A program made the position numbers and the translations under genes. The notes under the pieces were generated by a model. That model saw only the letters and a list, made by a program, of their open reading frames with translations, ran no database searches and was not told the DNA's origin. From contig NC_134030.1 in the NCBI RefSeq assembly GCF_964204645.1, positions 2,956,778 through 3,020,777 of the forward strand: a stretch of DNA of 64,000 bases, written 5' to 3'. Positions 50,598-63,925 of the stretch are shown here, one piece after another. Numbering within the stretch: position 1 is the stretch's first letter; each line of letters begins with the position of its first letter. The stretch is from Tubulanus polymorphus (taxonomy: Eukaryota; Animalia; Nemertea).

Positions 50598-52201
50598 AGT
50601 ATACGTAAAACGATATAGTATTAGTTGCGTGTATGTACGTATCCAGCGTGTGATGAATTGCTAGGTAGAATTTTCACGATGAAAATTGCATTAAAATCCA
50701 GTGTGAAGTATGTATGCACTGAACGGTAGTTCATTAATTGGACCGCTGTTTTTTTACTTATTAAGCTCGTTTTCTGTTGGATTTTAATGGAATTATCACC
50801 GGTAGTTTGATCGTCGTCATCGCCGACTGTAGTTAATGCATAATAGTTATAATATCGTTAAGGTTTTCTCATGCACGATACCTCGATAGTAGAATAGCCC
50901 CTACACCCAGGCACTGTGAATTAGTATGGATAATAAAATTAAAATTCACCCATAGAAAAAGTTTTAAAGATAAGAACGAAATTTATTTCTCGAAAATTAG
51001 AATCAGAATGTGTTTCGAACTTTCTGCACAGACAGTTTGTACACCGACGATGAAATCTCTGATAAATAAATACCGTTTTAAATCTTTCAAATTTTTAAAT
51101 GGCGGATTTTAATCTTCCGAAACGTCGAGATATAAGCCTTCACTGTGCAACAAAGTTCTGAATATTGGTTATCCAGAGCGGAATAGAAACTAGCGAATTT
51201 TTTCTTGGTCCTTGCTTTGACCATGTGGCTCTCAGCATCAATAAGTCGCAGGTGGCACAGTTAGGATATTTGTAGTTGTTGAATATTCCATGACATAAAT
51301 TTTAACCTGCATTGAATACGCAAGAAATTGACTTTTTAAAAGTAATTTTCCTCAGAACAGTATCGACAAAAATAGTGATATCTTGTGATTTATTTGTATA
51401 TTTTCTCGTTTGATAAAGTGAAAAATCTGAAAAATATTACATTCTTGTAAGAGATATTCTTCAAGGATGAACAGAACAATTATCAAAAATATGATGAACT
51501 TTTCGTTCGCTGGTACCACCATTTTTCGAATTAGTATTATCGAAATATTCTTGTGTGAATATCTTTCATATGAGGATATTTTCTCAAGTCACATATTTCA
51601 TAGGACCCAGAATAACCACAGAGTTAATTATTTTGACAGCTCCCTGATATAAATACCATATATCTCGATGTCCACTTCACTATTATTCCCATTATTAATT
51701 ATAATCAATATTGATATAGTTATTTTACTGTCGTCTTTTTACACATATTATTATAACAGCTTATTAAACATGTTATTATATGTATATATAATCATTCTAT
51801 ATAGATATAATATACATGGTATTGAGCTATATACAACGTATATATAGGGTTTTGTCTTTACACAAAGTGTGTTTGGAAAGATTTGTATGAAACGTGAATA
51901 AAAAGGTGCTTAACGAGAACACGATATATTCAACTTTTGTTTCATTCTCTTTGATCCAGTTCTACGGTTTTGATTTAAGATTTGACACTAGAGTTAACTC
52001 ATCAAAAATGAACTGATTTTAAACTCAGAGTTAACACTATCCCACAACACTGCGTTACTGGATCCTATCATTTCGGACAGAAATCTTTTCAGCTTTTCTG
52101 ACTTCTTCAGACGAGGGAATTTCAGAGGAGAAACTAATCGTTCTTACCGGGAAAAAGGGTGAAAATCATTCAAAGCTTAAGAACAAAACCTGGCAAAAAT
52201 A

Positions 52202-52421
52202 AGGCTAAAAAATTGATACCTTGTTTCTCCGCTCTGCTGAGCTTATATGTTGACTCAGCCGGCCGCCTATCTACCCTATACATTACTTTTTTTTAAATCG
52301 TGATCAATTTTACCATAACAGACCCGGCCGCTATAGAAATGAACTGTTTATAAATTTTATCATATTTTACAAAAATGACCCGGCCGCTGCGGCGAAACAA
52401 GGTATCATTTTTGTTTAGCCT
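52202..52421. mobile_element. Kolobok-like MITE
   Basis: TIRs AGGCTAAAAAATTGATACCTTGTTTC / GAAACAAGGTATCATTTTTGTTTAGCCT in a TAA context. Confidence 0.7.
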
Positions 52422-52849
52422 AACCACAGTTATTTTTACAGTTTCACTCTTCCGTACTTGACTTCGGAACTACACTGTTCTGTAGACGGCTGTTCGATGC
52501 AACGCACCGGGATTGTGTCAGAGAGAAAGAGCTCAAGTAGGGGTTATTCACCAGGGATTTTGTTATCTAATTACGAGCTTACCGGATCTAAACTTGTGTA
52601 AAGTTGCCTTACCGGACCCTGCTTGATTGGATTCAGACATCGTCATCTCCTAATACGGAAATAGACGCAATTTACATAAATTCATTAGAGACTTTGTGTT
52701 CCTGCTCAACATAAGAAGCGCCCACCGGCTATAGCTATAGAAACTGTAGAAATGCTATCGATTTCGATAAATTATTCAATTAACGTTCAATTCCAGATAT
52801 AACAGTGATCGTCTGATTCTAGAATCAAACATATCAAAAATAATAATCA

Positions 52850-53290
52850 TTTACTGATTATGAAGTTAGAGTAGGTGTAAAGAATGACGTCACTCAGAAG
52901 TTTGTCTACACCCAAACTGTGAACTACAAAACAGCAACTGCAGGTAATCAAAAATAGACTGATCTTTTTAGGATGAGACCCATAAAATTGCAAAATATTC
53001 AACAAACGAAATATCTATTTCATTTGATATAAACTTCTATTTGAGACATTCTAGGTCACAGATATTTGTATATTTTGCCATTTACTTTAGCTCCTGGACC
53101 TGTGACGTCACTCACTGTGTCCCAACAAACAAACAACGGCTACAGAGTCACGTGGTCTGCACCTGATAAACCAAATGGAATTATTTGCGTAAAATTTAAA
53201 GTTACTTGGTTATAGTCACGATACTGTTCGCACCGAATCAAGCGAATCAGCTTTTACTTCTATAGGTCTGACGTCTGGTTAAAGGACTAT
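52850..53290 (+). pseudogene. Fibronectin type III pseudo-exons
   Basis: SFTDYEVRVGVKNDVTQKFVYTQTVNYKTATA (donor after 52943) splices in phase to 53091 APGPVTSLTVSQQTNNGYRVTWSAPDKPNGII..VTWL*; stops and frameshifts on both sides. Confidence 0.7.
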
Positions 53291-53335
53291 AACTTGAACT
53301 TGAACTTGAACTTGAACTTTAATTTTATTGCTCCA
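53290..53335 (-). mobile_element. CR1/L2-type LINE 3' tail
   Basis: Minus strand AATAAA...(AGTTCA)n; a similar hexamer tail with AATAAA lies at 60780-60810. Confidence 0.55.
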
Positions 53336-53455
53336 TATAATACACAAGTTACATAGGAAATGACATGCAATAAAATATTAACATCAAATCACAGGGAAAA
53401 CAGTACAAGAGTGGACATACATTTAAAAATATAAGCACTGAAGTGAGCGTTATCG

Positions 53456-53527
53456 CTGCGATCCGTGGCTGAATGGGTTATTCCATCGACTCCGAGACCC
53501 GAGATCCTGGTTCGAATCTATCGCAGG
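53456..53527 (+). mobile_element. tRNA-derived SINE head or tRNA pseudogene
   Basis: A-box TGGCTGAATGG, B-box GGTTCGAATC, acceptor-like stem CTGCGAT/ATCGCAG; the anticodon stem does not pair. Confidence 0.5.
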
Positions 53528-55081
53528 TGCACCCACACACAAATACAAACAACCAAAATCTTTTGCAATATTTGTATGTTTTCAAATAATTTAACCAACC
53601 CATCAATTATTTCTAGTTTCAGCTACCTTGCTGTACGATATCTTCTAAAGTATCGATATTTATCATTTGAGAGGAAACATTTCGTTTGTTACAATGAGTC
53701 AGATAGAACACTGTACGGTAGTATACCACGTCCGGGATCATCGAGTTTAAATGAGATTTTGTGACGGGCAAATAAAGCGTCGTCAATTTCGTCATATTTA
53801 CCAGACGATAACTCGTACCTGCTACGTCGACAAATTATCACATGATGACAAGTCGCACTTAAGAGTGCTCAGTGAGACCTACGCACGAGGCCTGAGAATC
53901 TTACGGGCCGATTCCACTTCTGTCTAGTTAATACTCTCCATCAACGAGAGGTTTACTGTGCGGAAATGTAAAATTTCTTCATCAGCGTCGGTAAATCCGA
54001 CTAGAAGGTGCAGAGGCGGAACTGATTCAACCGATTCCGCTATATATATAAGTTTAATTCGTTCGTGTTTTGAAGTCAGTATTGCTAGCGGAGTGTGGAC
54101 GGGCAACATCGCGCCGAGGATACTCTTATTGTCAAAGGTATGTCTGGTTGATATAGAAAATCCCGCACTCAAAGCAATGAGTTCGAAAAGGTTTCCTTCA
54201 GCTAATGATTTATTTTCGACAGTTCAGCTATACCTTTGTTGTCATCTTCAGGAATATTTTTCAGGTGTAGGATTTTCCATATCATCTTTACAACATGACG
54301 TGTGAAATGTTTCATCAATTGTTTTCATGTCTAGTTAATATCTTCTAGAGAAACAAATATTTCATGATAAGTAATTTGAAACTAAGATATAATATGATAA
54401 GATATTTAAGGCTAAGATATAATATGAAACATCAATATCAACTGAGCAATGTGCAAAATTATTTGAAAGAAGTGGAATTTATCATGAAATCTGGTAACAT
54501 AGTATTTTAACCAGAAAGGAAAGTATTATCATTTATAGTCCTATAGTGAATTCCTTCCATGATAGATTTCAGGTACCTTAAATAATCTATAAACAATAAG
54601 AAGCATTTGAAATCTTTCTTTTAAAAATGTCATCGATGTTCATCGAAAAAAACAAAACAACTCTCTGTTTTCGAGATTTTTGTATATAGGTGGGTTGTTG
54701 AGGATGTTGAGGTTGTTGAGGAATTATCGTTATCGTACTAAAAAAACAACACAGGTTCTGATCACAGCGCGTCATTGCGGCCGTCTGTAAGCAGTTAACC
54801 GATGTTATATGTCATCGTTGACTACCATTCGACGGCCAATGTGACGTCACCTTCATATTCAAGAGTGCATTGTACTACGATGTGGTAATAAGCATCTGAA
54901 CTCGTTTCAAAAGCTGTCAGTCAAAGTTTGATTGAACAATTCTAAAAAAACCAATTCAAACTGTGTTCAACGTAACCGAGAAAACTGTACTGGATCATCA
55001 TAATGCAATAAAACCCATCACGAATTCTTCATTCATTTATAGGTTTTTGTGACTTCATTCCACCGACAGACTCGTGTAGCT

Positions 55082-55642
55082 ATGTGGCCACGATGGCAGT
55101 ACGTCACATTATCATTGACATTCATATTTACTGTATTATGCTGTTCAATGGCCGCCGAGGATGATAAAGACGACCGCGCCACCGATGAACTGGATTACGT
55201 AAAACGCGGATTCGGCGAGCGACGAAGGCGCGGATTCGGCGAGAAGCGAGCGGCGGTGAATTTCGCTGCTGATCGCGGCGCTGATTTGGTCATCGCTAAT
55301 CCGAACACATCCACGTTGAAATACGTGTTGTACATGTGCGCCGAAGGATACCCGTGTCCGAAACTGATCACCGTAACATCATCATCGAACACAATTGGAG
55401 ACGAGGCGGCAGTCATCGGGAAAAGGGGCTTCGGCGAGAAACGCGGTTTCGGCGAAAAGCGAGGTTTTGGCGAGAAAAGGGGTTTCGGTGAAAAAAGGGG
55501 CTTCGGCGAAAAACGGGGTTTCGGCGAAAAGCGTGGATTTGGCGAAAAGCGAGGTTTCGGCGAAAAACGAGGTTTCGGCGAAAAACGCGATTTCAACATG
55601 GACTATAACAGTTACGAGAAGCGAGGATTCGGTGAGCGATAA
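55082..55642 (+). CDS. Achatin-family neuropeptide precursor, 186 aa, 12 copies of GFGE
   Basis: Signal MWPRWQYVTLSLTFIFTVLCCSMA; GFGE flanked by KR/RRRR sites (2+9+1 copies) with synonymous codon variation; compare achatin-I G-dF-A-D and octopus Ocp-1 G-dF-G-D. Acceptor at 55042; AATAAA at 55737. Confidence 0.9.
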   Translation: MWPRWQYVTLSLTFIFTVLCCSMAAEDDKDDRATDELDYVKRGFGERRRRGFGEKRAAVNFAADRGADLVIANPNTSTLKYVLYMCAEGYPCPKLITVTSSSNTIGDEAAVIGKRGFGEKRGFGEKRGFGEKRGFGEKRGFGEKRGFGEKRGFGEKRGFGEKRGFGEKRDFNMDYNSYEKRGFGER

Positions 55643-58600
55643 CTCAAACACTTCGACTTGGACACGATCATCGTTATCTAGCAGTCAATATCCATAAAAA
55701 TCATTACATAATTTTATATACGCATCAGATGATATCAATAAATTTCTAGTTATGATGCTAATTCGCGTGATGAATTTATTTTTACGATTCAGTGACCACC
55801 GAGTGGTTTACCGAGCGTCTGGGGCGTGTCTCGTCAACCAGCCGCTTACAGGACTAGCTGCAGGTTTATAAACAGCGGGACAGCGGATTAGAGCCTGTTT
55901 TCACCAGTGTTAACACGGATTTTTAGCAATTTCCTGGAATTCTTCGGTTTGCGAACGTTTTTCTTGATTTTCAGAAAGTAACAGCCAAGCACCACAGTTG
56001 AGAAATACTGAATTTCGGAAAGCAACACAACTGATTATAAAAACAAATCAGGATTATGGCTTTCACAACCGTCGAATCTTCGTCATATGTATGGATGGCA
56101 CCGTGTCTTTCCTATGAGCTCAGTGGGATCATGGACGTACAAACTAGATTTATACGTCCACGGTGGGATAGGGCATGAATGCTGTTGCATTGACTATCAG
56201 TGATAAGTGACAAGCGGATGGTTTGAATCCTACTCGCTGCTTATTTTTCGGGCAACACTTCAAAAGGTCATTTCGCGAGGTTGAAGAGAAAGCAAAATCC
56301 GAACGACGTTGAGTGAGCAAGATAAGCAATCATCATATTATCTTAAGCACAAACAAAAAGACTTCGTTTTTATTTCTGGAGAGTTACTGATTTTTATTCA
56401 TCTTTAAATCACAATTTATAACGGTAAATTACACAGTCTATGAATACTGCATTCGAACTAAACACTGATACATATATATTATATATAATAAACCTCCGAT
56501 CATCTTACATAGATTCATACTCAATTCACGATTTAATACGACAGTAGACTCCACTTTACTCAGTAGTGGTTCGCTAAGAACCTTAGTGTCAGTGTAGAAC
56601 ATTCTATAGTCGAGACTTAAGTCCAATATCTTAAAGGCTGGCGCGAAATAGTTAGATAGGCTATAGAACTAAGATGGCCTTGGTCTAAGCCGACTATTGA
56701 ACCGGCCTGAGATGAGCCGAGAACAAGTTTAGAGAACTGTTTGCGTATATTCACCGACGTCGTTGATACCTGCGTAACGAGGAGCCTACTGTAATACAAC
56801 CGGTCATTTTTTAATGATGTATGTTCTCTCAGTATTCGCTTACAGTCTTTCATCGCACCATTGTTCTACTGAATATAGAACTTTTTCGGAATAGAATATG
56901 ATCTTACGAAATGAAATAACAACGTACGTTGACCTTGCGCGTATCGGTCAATAAAAAACATGAAGGTGGGAGGGGATGGAGATTCGTGCGCGCTGGGAAG
57001 AATGTTTACGCCACAGATTCAATCAACATCTACAGAGAGGAAGTTTGTTTTACACCAAAACAAATATCAAACACACTAGTTAAATTGATTAATCAATTAA
57101 TTAACCTAGCCGCTAATTACTTAACGCACGCACGCAAAATACTAGAATAACATTATGATACTAGAAAATAATTATCAGGATAATTTCTATCATCATGATT
57201 AGGATAATACTTATGTATATCAATGTACATTATGCAAATGACAATGTCTGATATTAACATCTTAACGCAGACATTTCGCGGGATTACGTGTTGAAATGTG
57301 ATTTGAGTGTTTATATCAACTGATTTTTATCGTTTGTCATGGAGGAGTGATTAATTATTTATTATCATTTCAGACTAACCAAATGTTGTTGCAACCACCC
57401 GAAATATTTTTTTATCTTAGTTATCTTAGTGTACGTTTTCGAAGTTATTGTTCAATCGATGCTAACACATCGAAAGCAAATACATTTCGAGATTTATTTT
57501 TGACCCACCTGCAGCAGGAGGCAAAACGCTACAAGCGCCATCGGTGCGAACGAACCGACTTCTATGAGTTAATGCAGCCGCAGCTTAATCCGAACAAAAT
57601 CAAAACTTTAAAATAATAGGATTGGACCCACTGGTCAAATTTAGGAGATAAAAAACGAAATTGATTTAAAAAAATGAAAATCAAAAGACTCGACTATCAT
57701 CGGATGACAGTGCTCTCTAGGGAGAGTTTTAAATGTCGTTTCATTGGATTCTTGATAAACAAATTTCGTTTTTAATCTCATAAATATGTATTCAGCGGGT
57801 TTTACGTCTTATTACATCAATTCTGCACGTCTGAGAATACGGGCTTTTCTTCTTTTTTACGTAACAAACAATGAGCGTTGAACACGATATAATTATTCGT
57901 AATTTACAGTTCAGTTATTGCACAATAGATAAAGTTTTTACGCCAATTGATCGGAGTTACCATTTATCGCGTATCCAGACCGTCTGAATAAATAATAGGT
58001 TTTTTCACACACTAATAAATGCTCAGAATGTATTAAAATTCATAGTAAAATAGCGAAAAAATCCACAAAAATTAAATCACAGATATACACAATGATTTTG
58101 AATTTAATCTGAAATGTTTAAAACGAAAAGAAAGATCGAATAAAACATTATATAAATGTTGAAAGTTACAAGCCCATTTTGAGATATTGTTTATATTACT
58201 TTTATATACTATCTTTGATCCTTTAAAGTTGTTAGTAGCATTCATTTTATGAAGTAATAGATCTTGCGAAGAACGATTACACCCATTTGCTGTCGATGGA
58301 AGAGTCTCCTGGCAAACAAACAGCTCCCAGGCATTACACACTCTACTACAACTATTCTTCAAGCCTAGAATTTTCACATAGCAGGTATTATTACCTGTAT
58401 ATGTACAGTATTTACAATATATGGATAAGCGTCAATGAAATATGCCACGAAAAATTATCACATCTAAATGTTTCACTGTAAATTTTCACTTTAATATTGA
58501 AGAATGTGGGATCAAAATATCACATATCGCACGACGAATCAGAATCATCGCAGGCAACAAGACGACGAAATTTACAAATACTGTTTTCCAATCTTTTCTT

Positions 58601-59187
58601 TGTTCATGGACAAACGCCCTATAATTTTGACTTGTCGGGCGCAGTACTTTATATTGACCGTCAACACTGTGACTGTCAAATTTTCATTTGACGTACTGTG
58701 ACTACGAAATGACGCGTAGTTTCTAGTAAAAGCAAAAGTTCATAAAAGACTAGTTTTCATGAATCTTTGGTAAAGCCACATCGATTTGAAAGGCGCGGAT
58801 ACTAGATAACCATCGGTTTGATGGTTATGATAAAAACTCTGATGATTCTAAATATCTTTCATCAGGAAAGTACGTAAGTTTGTTTCTGGGAATGTTGATA
58901 CAGAATATTTATCGAGACTCACTCATCCATTTAACCCCAGAACGATAATCAGCTCTCATTTGTTAAACGATATATACGCAAAATGGCATTAATTTTGGAG
59001 TCAAAAATGCAATAATCCCTCAACTAACGCTTTCTTATATTCTATCAGTTTACTATAGATGCCAAGCAACATCGGTTCTACGTATGACGAATATATTGTA
59101 ACTTGCGTCCGGTTCGGCTTTCAAACGTCAGTCCGGTTGATTTTTGGTCCGCAATCCGAATCCGACTTTTAATCATCGCCATTTCCT

Positions 59188-62100
59188 CTATCGTTGGGCT
59201 TTCACTCGCCATCGTAAAACGAGGTAACACCCGCCTCGAAGTACGACGAAAAATGCACACAGCACAATGAAGTCTATATAGAAACGGGCGCTGTCGACGT
59301 CTAATTCTTTCAGTACGTCCCCGGCTTTACTGAAGTGACAATACTTGTCAGTTTCGCAGTACAGCGGTTCTCTGTCGAATCCGTATATAGCCTGCAACAC
59401 ACCCTCGAAAGAATACCTGAAATTGAATATACAACTTTGGTATGAACAGATTTTGAATACTTGAAGAGTCCTTAAAGTGTCGAAAGTAATTTGTTATTGG
59501 TGTTTGTACACATGTATAAGGATCACTGCAATGCCAATCATGATGAGATGATGAGCACATTTTGAAAATTGTCCATTTTATGTTACGGGCGCCTCTGTAA
59601 GGATAACTGAACTGGCAAACATGTTTCGGAGTTTGTGACGATCAAGAAGGCCTGCCACTTCACTTATGTACATTTAATAACGTACCCTTTTAAAAAGACG
59701 CTATCTCAATATGCGCCATGATATTTTAGGGAATAAAAGTTTAGGGTGCTATACACCTACCTGATGTAAGACCCGTAAGAAAGCCATTGAAGATATTTGG
59801 GAATTGTATCAAAGTTAACGAAAAATCCGGAAAACAACAGAATCGGTATAGCTGTCACTGGACCCAGGAATACAGCAACCTACAACATCAAAACGATAAC
59901 AATGATAGAATGAGAGCTGCAGTAAAACCTTCACTTTGAGATTGACATGATTATGTTGTGTCAGCTGAACGATAATCCTTTACAATGACAGGACGAGAAT
60001 CCTCGTCAAGGATGGATCTATGGTTATTTTTGGGGAACCACATATGCTGGACACTTTTTTTGCGTCTTAAGTGGTAATTCCGAAAAGCTTAAAAAATTCT
60101 GAAATTCATGTCTTCCGATGCCATTCCCAGGCATTCTAAAGTTTGATCACGGATCATGAGACCGAATCAGATAATTCAAAAAGATTTCATAACAAATGTG
60201 TGTCAACAGTTTTGGGCGCCTTGAATCCACCTCGTCTCGTAAATGTGTTTATAATGAGTACCTGTAGTGAGGTGGCGGCGCCTATCAATAAGCCGAGTGA
60301 CTGAGCGACTAGTGCTGTTTGCGTGGACAACGTTAAAAACATCACAAAGCGAACAAAATCGTTCGGTTGATTCGTCATCCAATAAACGATACTGCCGTAC
60401 ACTAGAGGATAGAAGATCTATAAGACAAAAAAAAGAAATCATCGATACAACTCAATAAACATATCTATAATCATAAATTGAGAAAATGATTTAAAACGAT
60501 AAAGCAATTATGTATAATTATTCGATAAGAAATCAATCGCGCAAAATCGTTTTCATGGTATACATCGTTTTCTTTTTATACAAACGCACATTGTTAAACG
60601 CTAATGCACGTCGCTGTAGTGATTGGAGTTACGGTGAAGAAATTCGCGAATTAATACGTCTCGTAATACATTCAAATAACGTGCTTATTGCGCTTAATTC
60701 CAGAACCTCCTAACAACAGACAATACAGGTGTGTAAATCTATTTATGATATCTTTGATTTGGTAAACGGGTGTGGTAGCTTCAAGTTCAAGTTCAAGTTC
60801 ATTTATTTCATAGAAAAGAACGTACAACATAAGCTTCGGTGTCACTTTCCTATACATATGGATAATAATGATATGTTACGCACCTGGAACGGCATGTCAG
60901 CCATCGTCTTGGCAAGATAATACGCCTTCAAACTGTACCAATAATTCATATGTTCCTTCACAAACACTCCCATCTCAGTCGGGACTGTAAACATAACATG
61001 TTTATTGAAATTGTATTTAATCCAATTCTATTCATTATTACTGTTACACGCTGACTATCCGGGGTGCGATTGAGGTCAACTCGAAGTTTTATTGGTCTTT
61101 AATGGATTTTAAGTCGATATACGGTGACTCAGAGACACCAATAGCCTCTACCAGGCCTCCATCCGTCTGTGATGTTGATGATGATGATGAGAGACCAATT
61201 TCACAGCCATGGCTTAGATTTACGACAAATCTAATACCATCTTAGTACTAATGGTCGATCAAACAACTTGAACACCAGTCTTGAGCGCATTTTGGACGGC
61301 ACGTTAGTTACGACTGTGCAACTGGGCCCCTGCAGATCGCTTAAGATTACCAGCAAATCTACGAGCACTTCAGCAAATCTCGATCATTACGCAATGCCTT
61401 TTTGTAACTGCGCAAATGCGCGATTGACACATTTAAAATGATCGTCAACACCCACTCGACATCGTTTCTCTGAACAACGACATTTTTTTAAACGGTTTCA
61501 ACTTAAAGTTCGTCGGCACACAATAGATTTTCAAATTTCTACTTCGCAGTTTTACATAATCCTGTGCACCTAGTTAAACATACATTTCTCGTGAATAAAT
61601 GTAAATAATGAGAAGTGGTAACCTAACCTGTCATACTTTAAGATGACATAATGAAGCTCTTATTGAAGCAGAATCAAAGCAATTCATTGACTCCAGTCCT
61701 TTAATGAGCTTAAACTTGAATTCTTAATTTGACTTTTTTTCTAATGTGCCAATGACATTAAACGCCAGACGACCCTTGAGAATCGCCTACTATTTAGTAT
61801 TTAATGTCTAAAGCTGACGACGTTCGAGTCGCTGTTACACTTACACGTCAGAACTGTCGGCATGAGAGCCGTGAACATCAGGAACAACATGCAGAAAAAC
61901 AAACAACCCGCGTTGTTATACGCCTTGCTGGCCTCGTTGCCGATCTTGAAGTAGAGAAGACCAATCAAAATTCCGACCGTTAAATGTGAAAATAAACGCA
62001 GCCTTGTCAACGTCTGAAATTAGAAAAGTGCGTTTAAAAATTCTGTCGGTGCTCGTGTACTGAAACTCAGCGCGGATCAATTACAATTTATATCGGGGAA

Positions 62101-62396
62101 TAGTAAATAGCGAAAGGAGGTTTCAGTTTCATGGATCCGCGGTTAAGTTGATAACGTGGTACTTTGACGTTGCAGGTGAAATGAAACCCGGTTCGTACAA
62201 ACAGGAATGTCTAAAGAGGAACCACAGCAACGTTGTAGTCAGAAGGGAATGTAATTCAACTGATGAGTTTGTGGTCTCTGCTCATAAAACTCACCGTATC
62301 GCGTATTATGGAAGTGAACGTTCGCACGAACAGAATCTTGAATTGAGTCAGACAGCTCGTGTTGAAATTATGCGTATCTATATCGCTTCCACTTTC
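59188..62396 (-). CDS. ABCG1/ABCG4 (white-family) half transporter, TM-domain exons; 5' part not resolved and probably outside the window
   Basis: Exons 62396-62295, 62013-61845, 60984-60884, 60417-60262, 59879-59761, 59416-59188. [85 protein letters not shown]. Confidence 0.95.
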
Positions 62397-63549
62397 CTGA
62401 ATAATCAAACGAATCGAACAAAATATTAATTTTCATTTAAAAACTTCCGATACTGTCACTTTTAATATTGTTGATTTGGTTGCTGTTTGATTTTCGGTGT
62501 TCGATTTTATATTTTCGTCAAACAAACTATATACACTTTCTATACGTATTTCTGATTTCAAATCAAGCCTCTAAAATGAATCTATCTATTTGCAGAACAT
62601 CACTTTCATAATAATTATAATCATGCTGCTTGGAAACTTTGGTTTCATTCAAAACACGACAAAACACTTTCATTACAAATTATCATCACTATAAAACAGA
62701 CTTGACAATGAATTTTTGCCGGTCAGACAAAACCAAAATACAGACTAGTACTCGTACTTCTATAGACACCAATCAATCATGAATATTGTAAACTAATGTT
62801 TCAACTGAAGAGAGATGCTTTGAGAAACTATATGAGTAATATATACATGTATATATTGAAAAATTCAACATATTAAGTACCAAATAAGAGTAGGTAATTT
62901 CGTTTGGCGCGTCCATCCTATACATACCACTTACAGAAGGCTTGATAATAGAAGAAATGCGTATGAAAATGACTACGAATGGTTGCCGAAAGCTTTTCTT
63001 GGGTTTAGAGCAAGATTTCGAGCAAGATATTCATTTCAAGAAGAGAACTATAAACATCCGCGAAAGTTTTAAGAAATCTTGATAAAATGGAGTCGTTATA
63101 GAAAAAAAAAACGATTTTTTGCACAGTGCACATTCCGAATCACTTTTGCATGCAAAATGTTCCGAAAGTAATATACAAACATACACGGGTACAATAATAA
63201 TTCAGCAAAGGACAAAAATACACGAGAAAAACTTTATTTTGAATAAAAAAGAAAAAAACACGCACAGAACTTTTACAATTAAATATTGTGAACCCGCTTT
63301 GAAAAATGGTTCCAATTTGACAAATTACTCCTGACATTTGATTCAGTCAGATTGTTGTGTATTTTCGTTAGATCCAAAGTCATCGTTGTTACTAGAATGG
63401 GATACCCGTGTTACCGCTATCCCACTAGATGGTGTGTCTGGCAGTAGGACATAACATTTCCATAAAATTTCATTCAGTCAATCGTTATCTTCTTTGCGGC
63501 AGTTTTGGATAGGATTGTATTATACATGAAAATAAATTCAACATTAATA

Positions 63550-63925
63550 TCCTACTGGACACTAGCGCGCCTGGTGGATTCTCACTTGCCATAAGTGGAA
63601 TCCTAAACTGCACAGCAGCTGATGTCCTACTGCACACCTGCGTGCCTGGTATATCAACACTTGTAAAAAGGTGGAATCCACGATTACAGTAGTTGATGTC
63701 CTACTGCATTCTAGCGACACCTAGTGGATCCTCAGTTGCCACTAGTGGAATCCACAATGTTGCAGTAGTTTATGTCCTACTGCACACTAACGACACCTAG
63801 TGGATCCTCAATTGCAACAAGCGAAATCCACAATTGCTGCAGATAGTTGATGCACTAATGCACACTAGCGCACCTGGTGGATCCTCGCTTGCCACAAGTA
63901 GAATCATCAACTGCCACAGTAGCGG
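63550..63925. repeat. Degenerate tandem repeat, unit about 74 bp, about 5 copies
   Basis: GATGTCCTACTGCACACTAGCG(A)CACCT(A/G)GTGGATCCTCAxTTGCCACTAGTGGAATCCAC...CAGTAGTT. Confidence 0.85.

Noticed and set aside
53456-53527. Functional tRNA-Arg(CCG)
   Set aside because: Anticodon stem and T-stem pair poorly; treated as SINE or pseudogene.
53780-54340. Coding-like stretch with overlapping ORFs on both strands
   Set aside because: Interrupted by stops and no motif recognised; possibly a decayed gene or TE but unsupported.
55195-55697. Repetitive ORFs (RFSPKP)n, (FAET)n, (SAK)n
   Set aside because: Antisense and alternate-frame shadows of the GFGEKR repeat; synonymous variation fits only the GFGE frame.
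62935-63440. Possible further ABCG exons (donor at 62934, acceptor at about 63438)
   Set aside because: Could not join them in frame without a stop; left unresolved.
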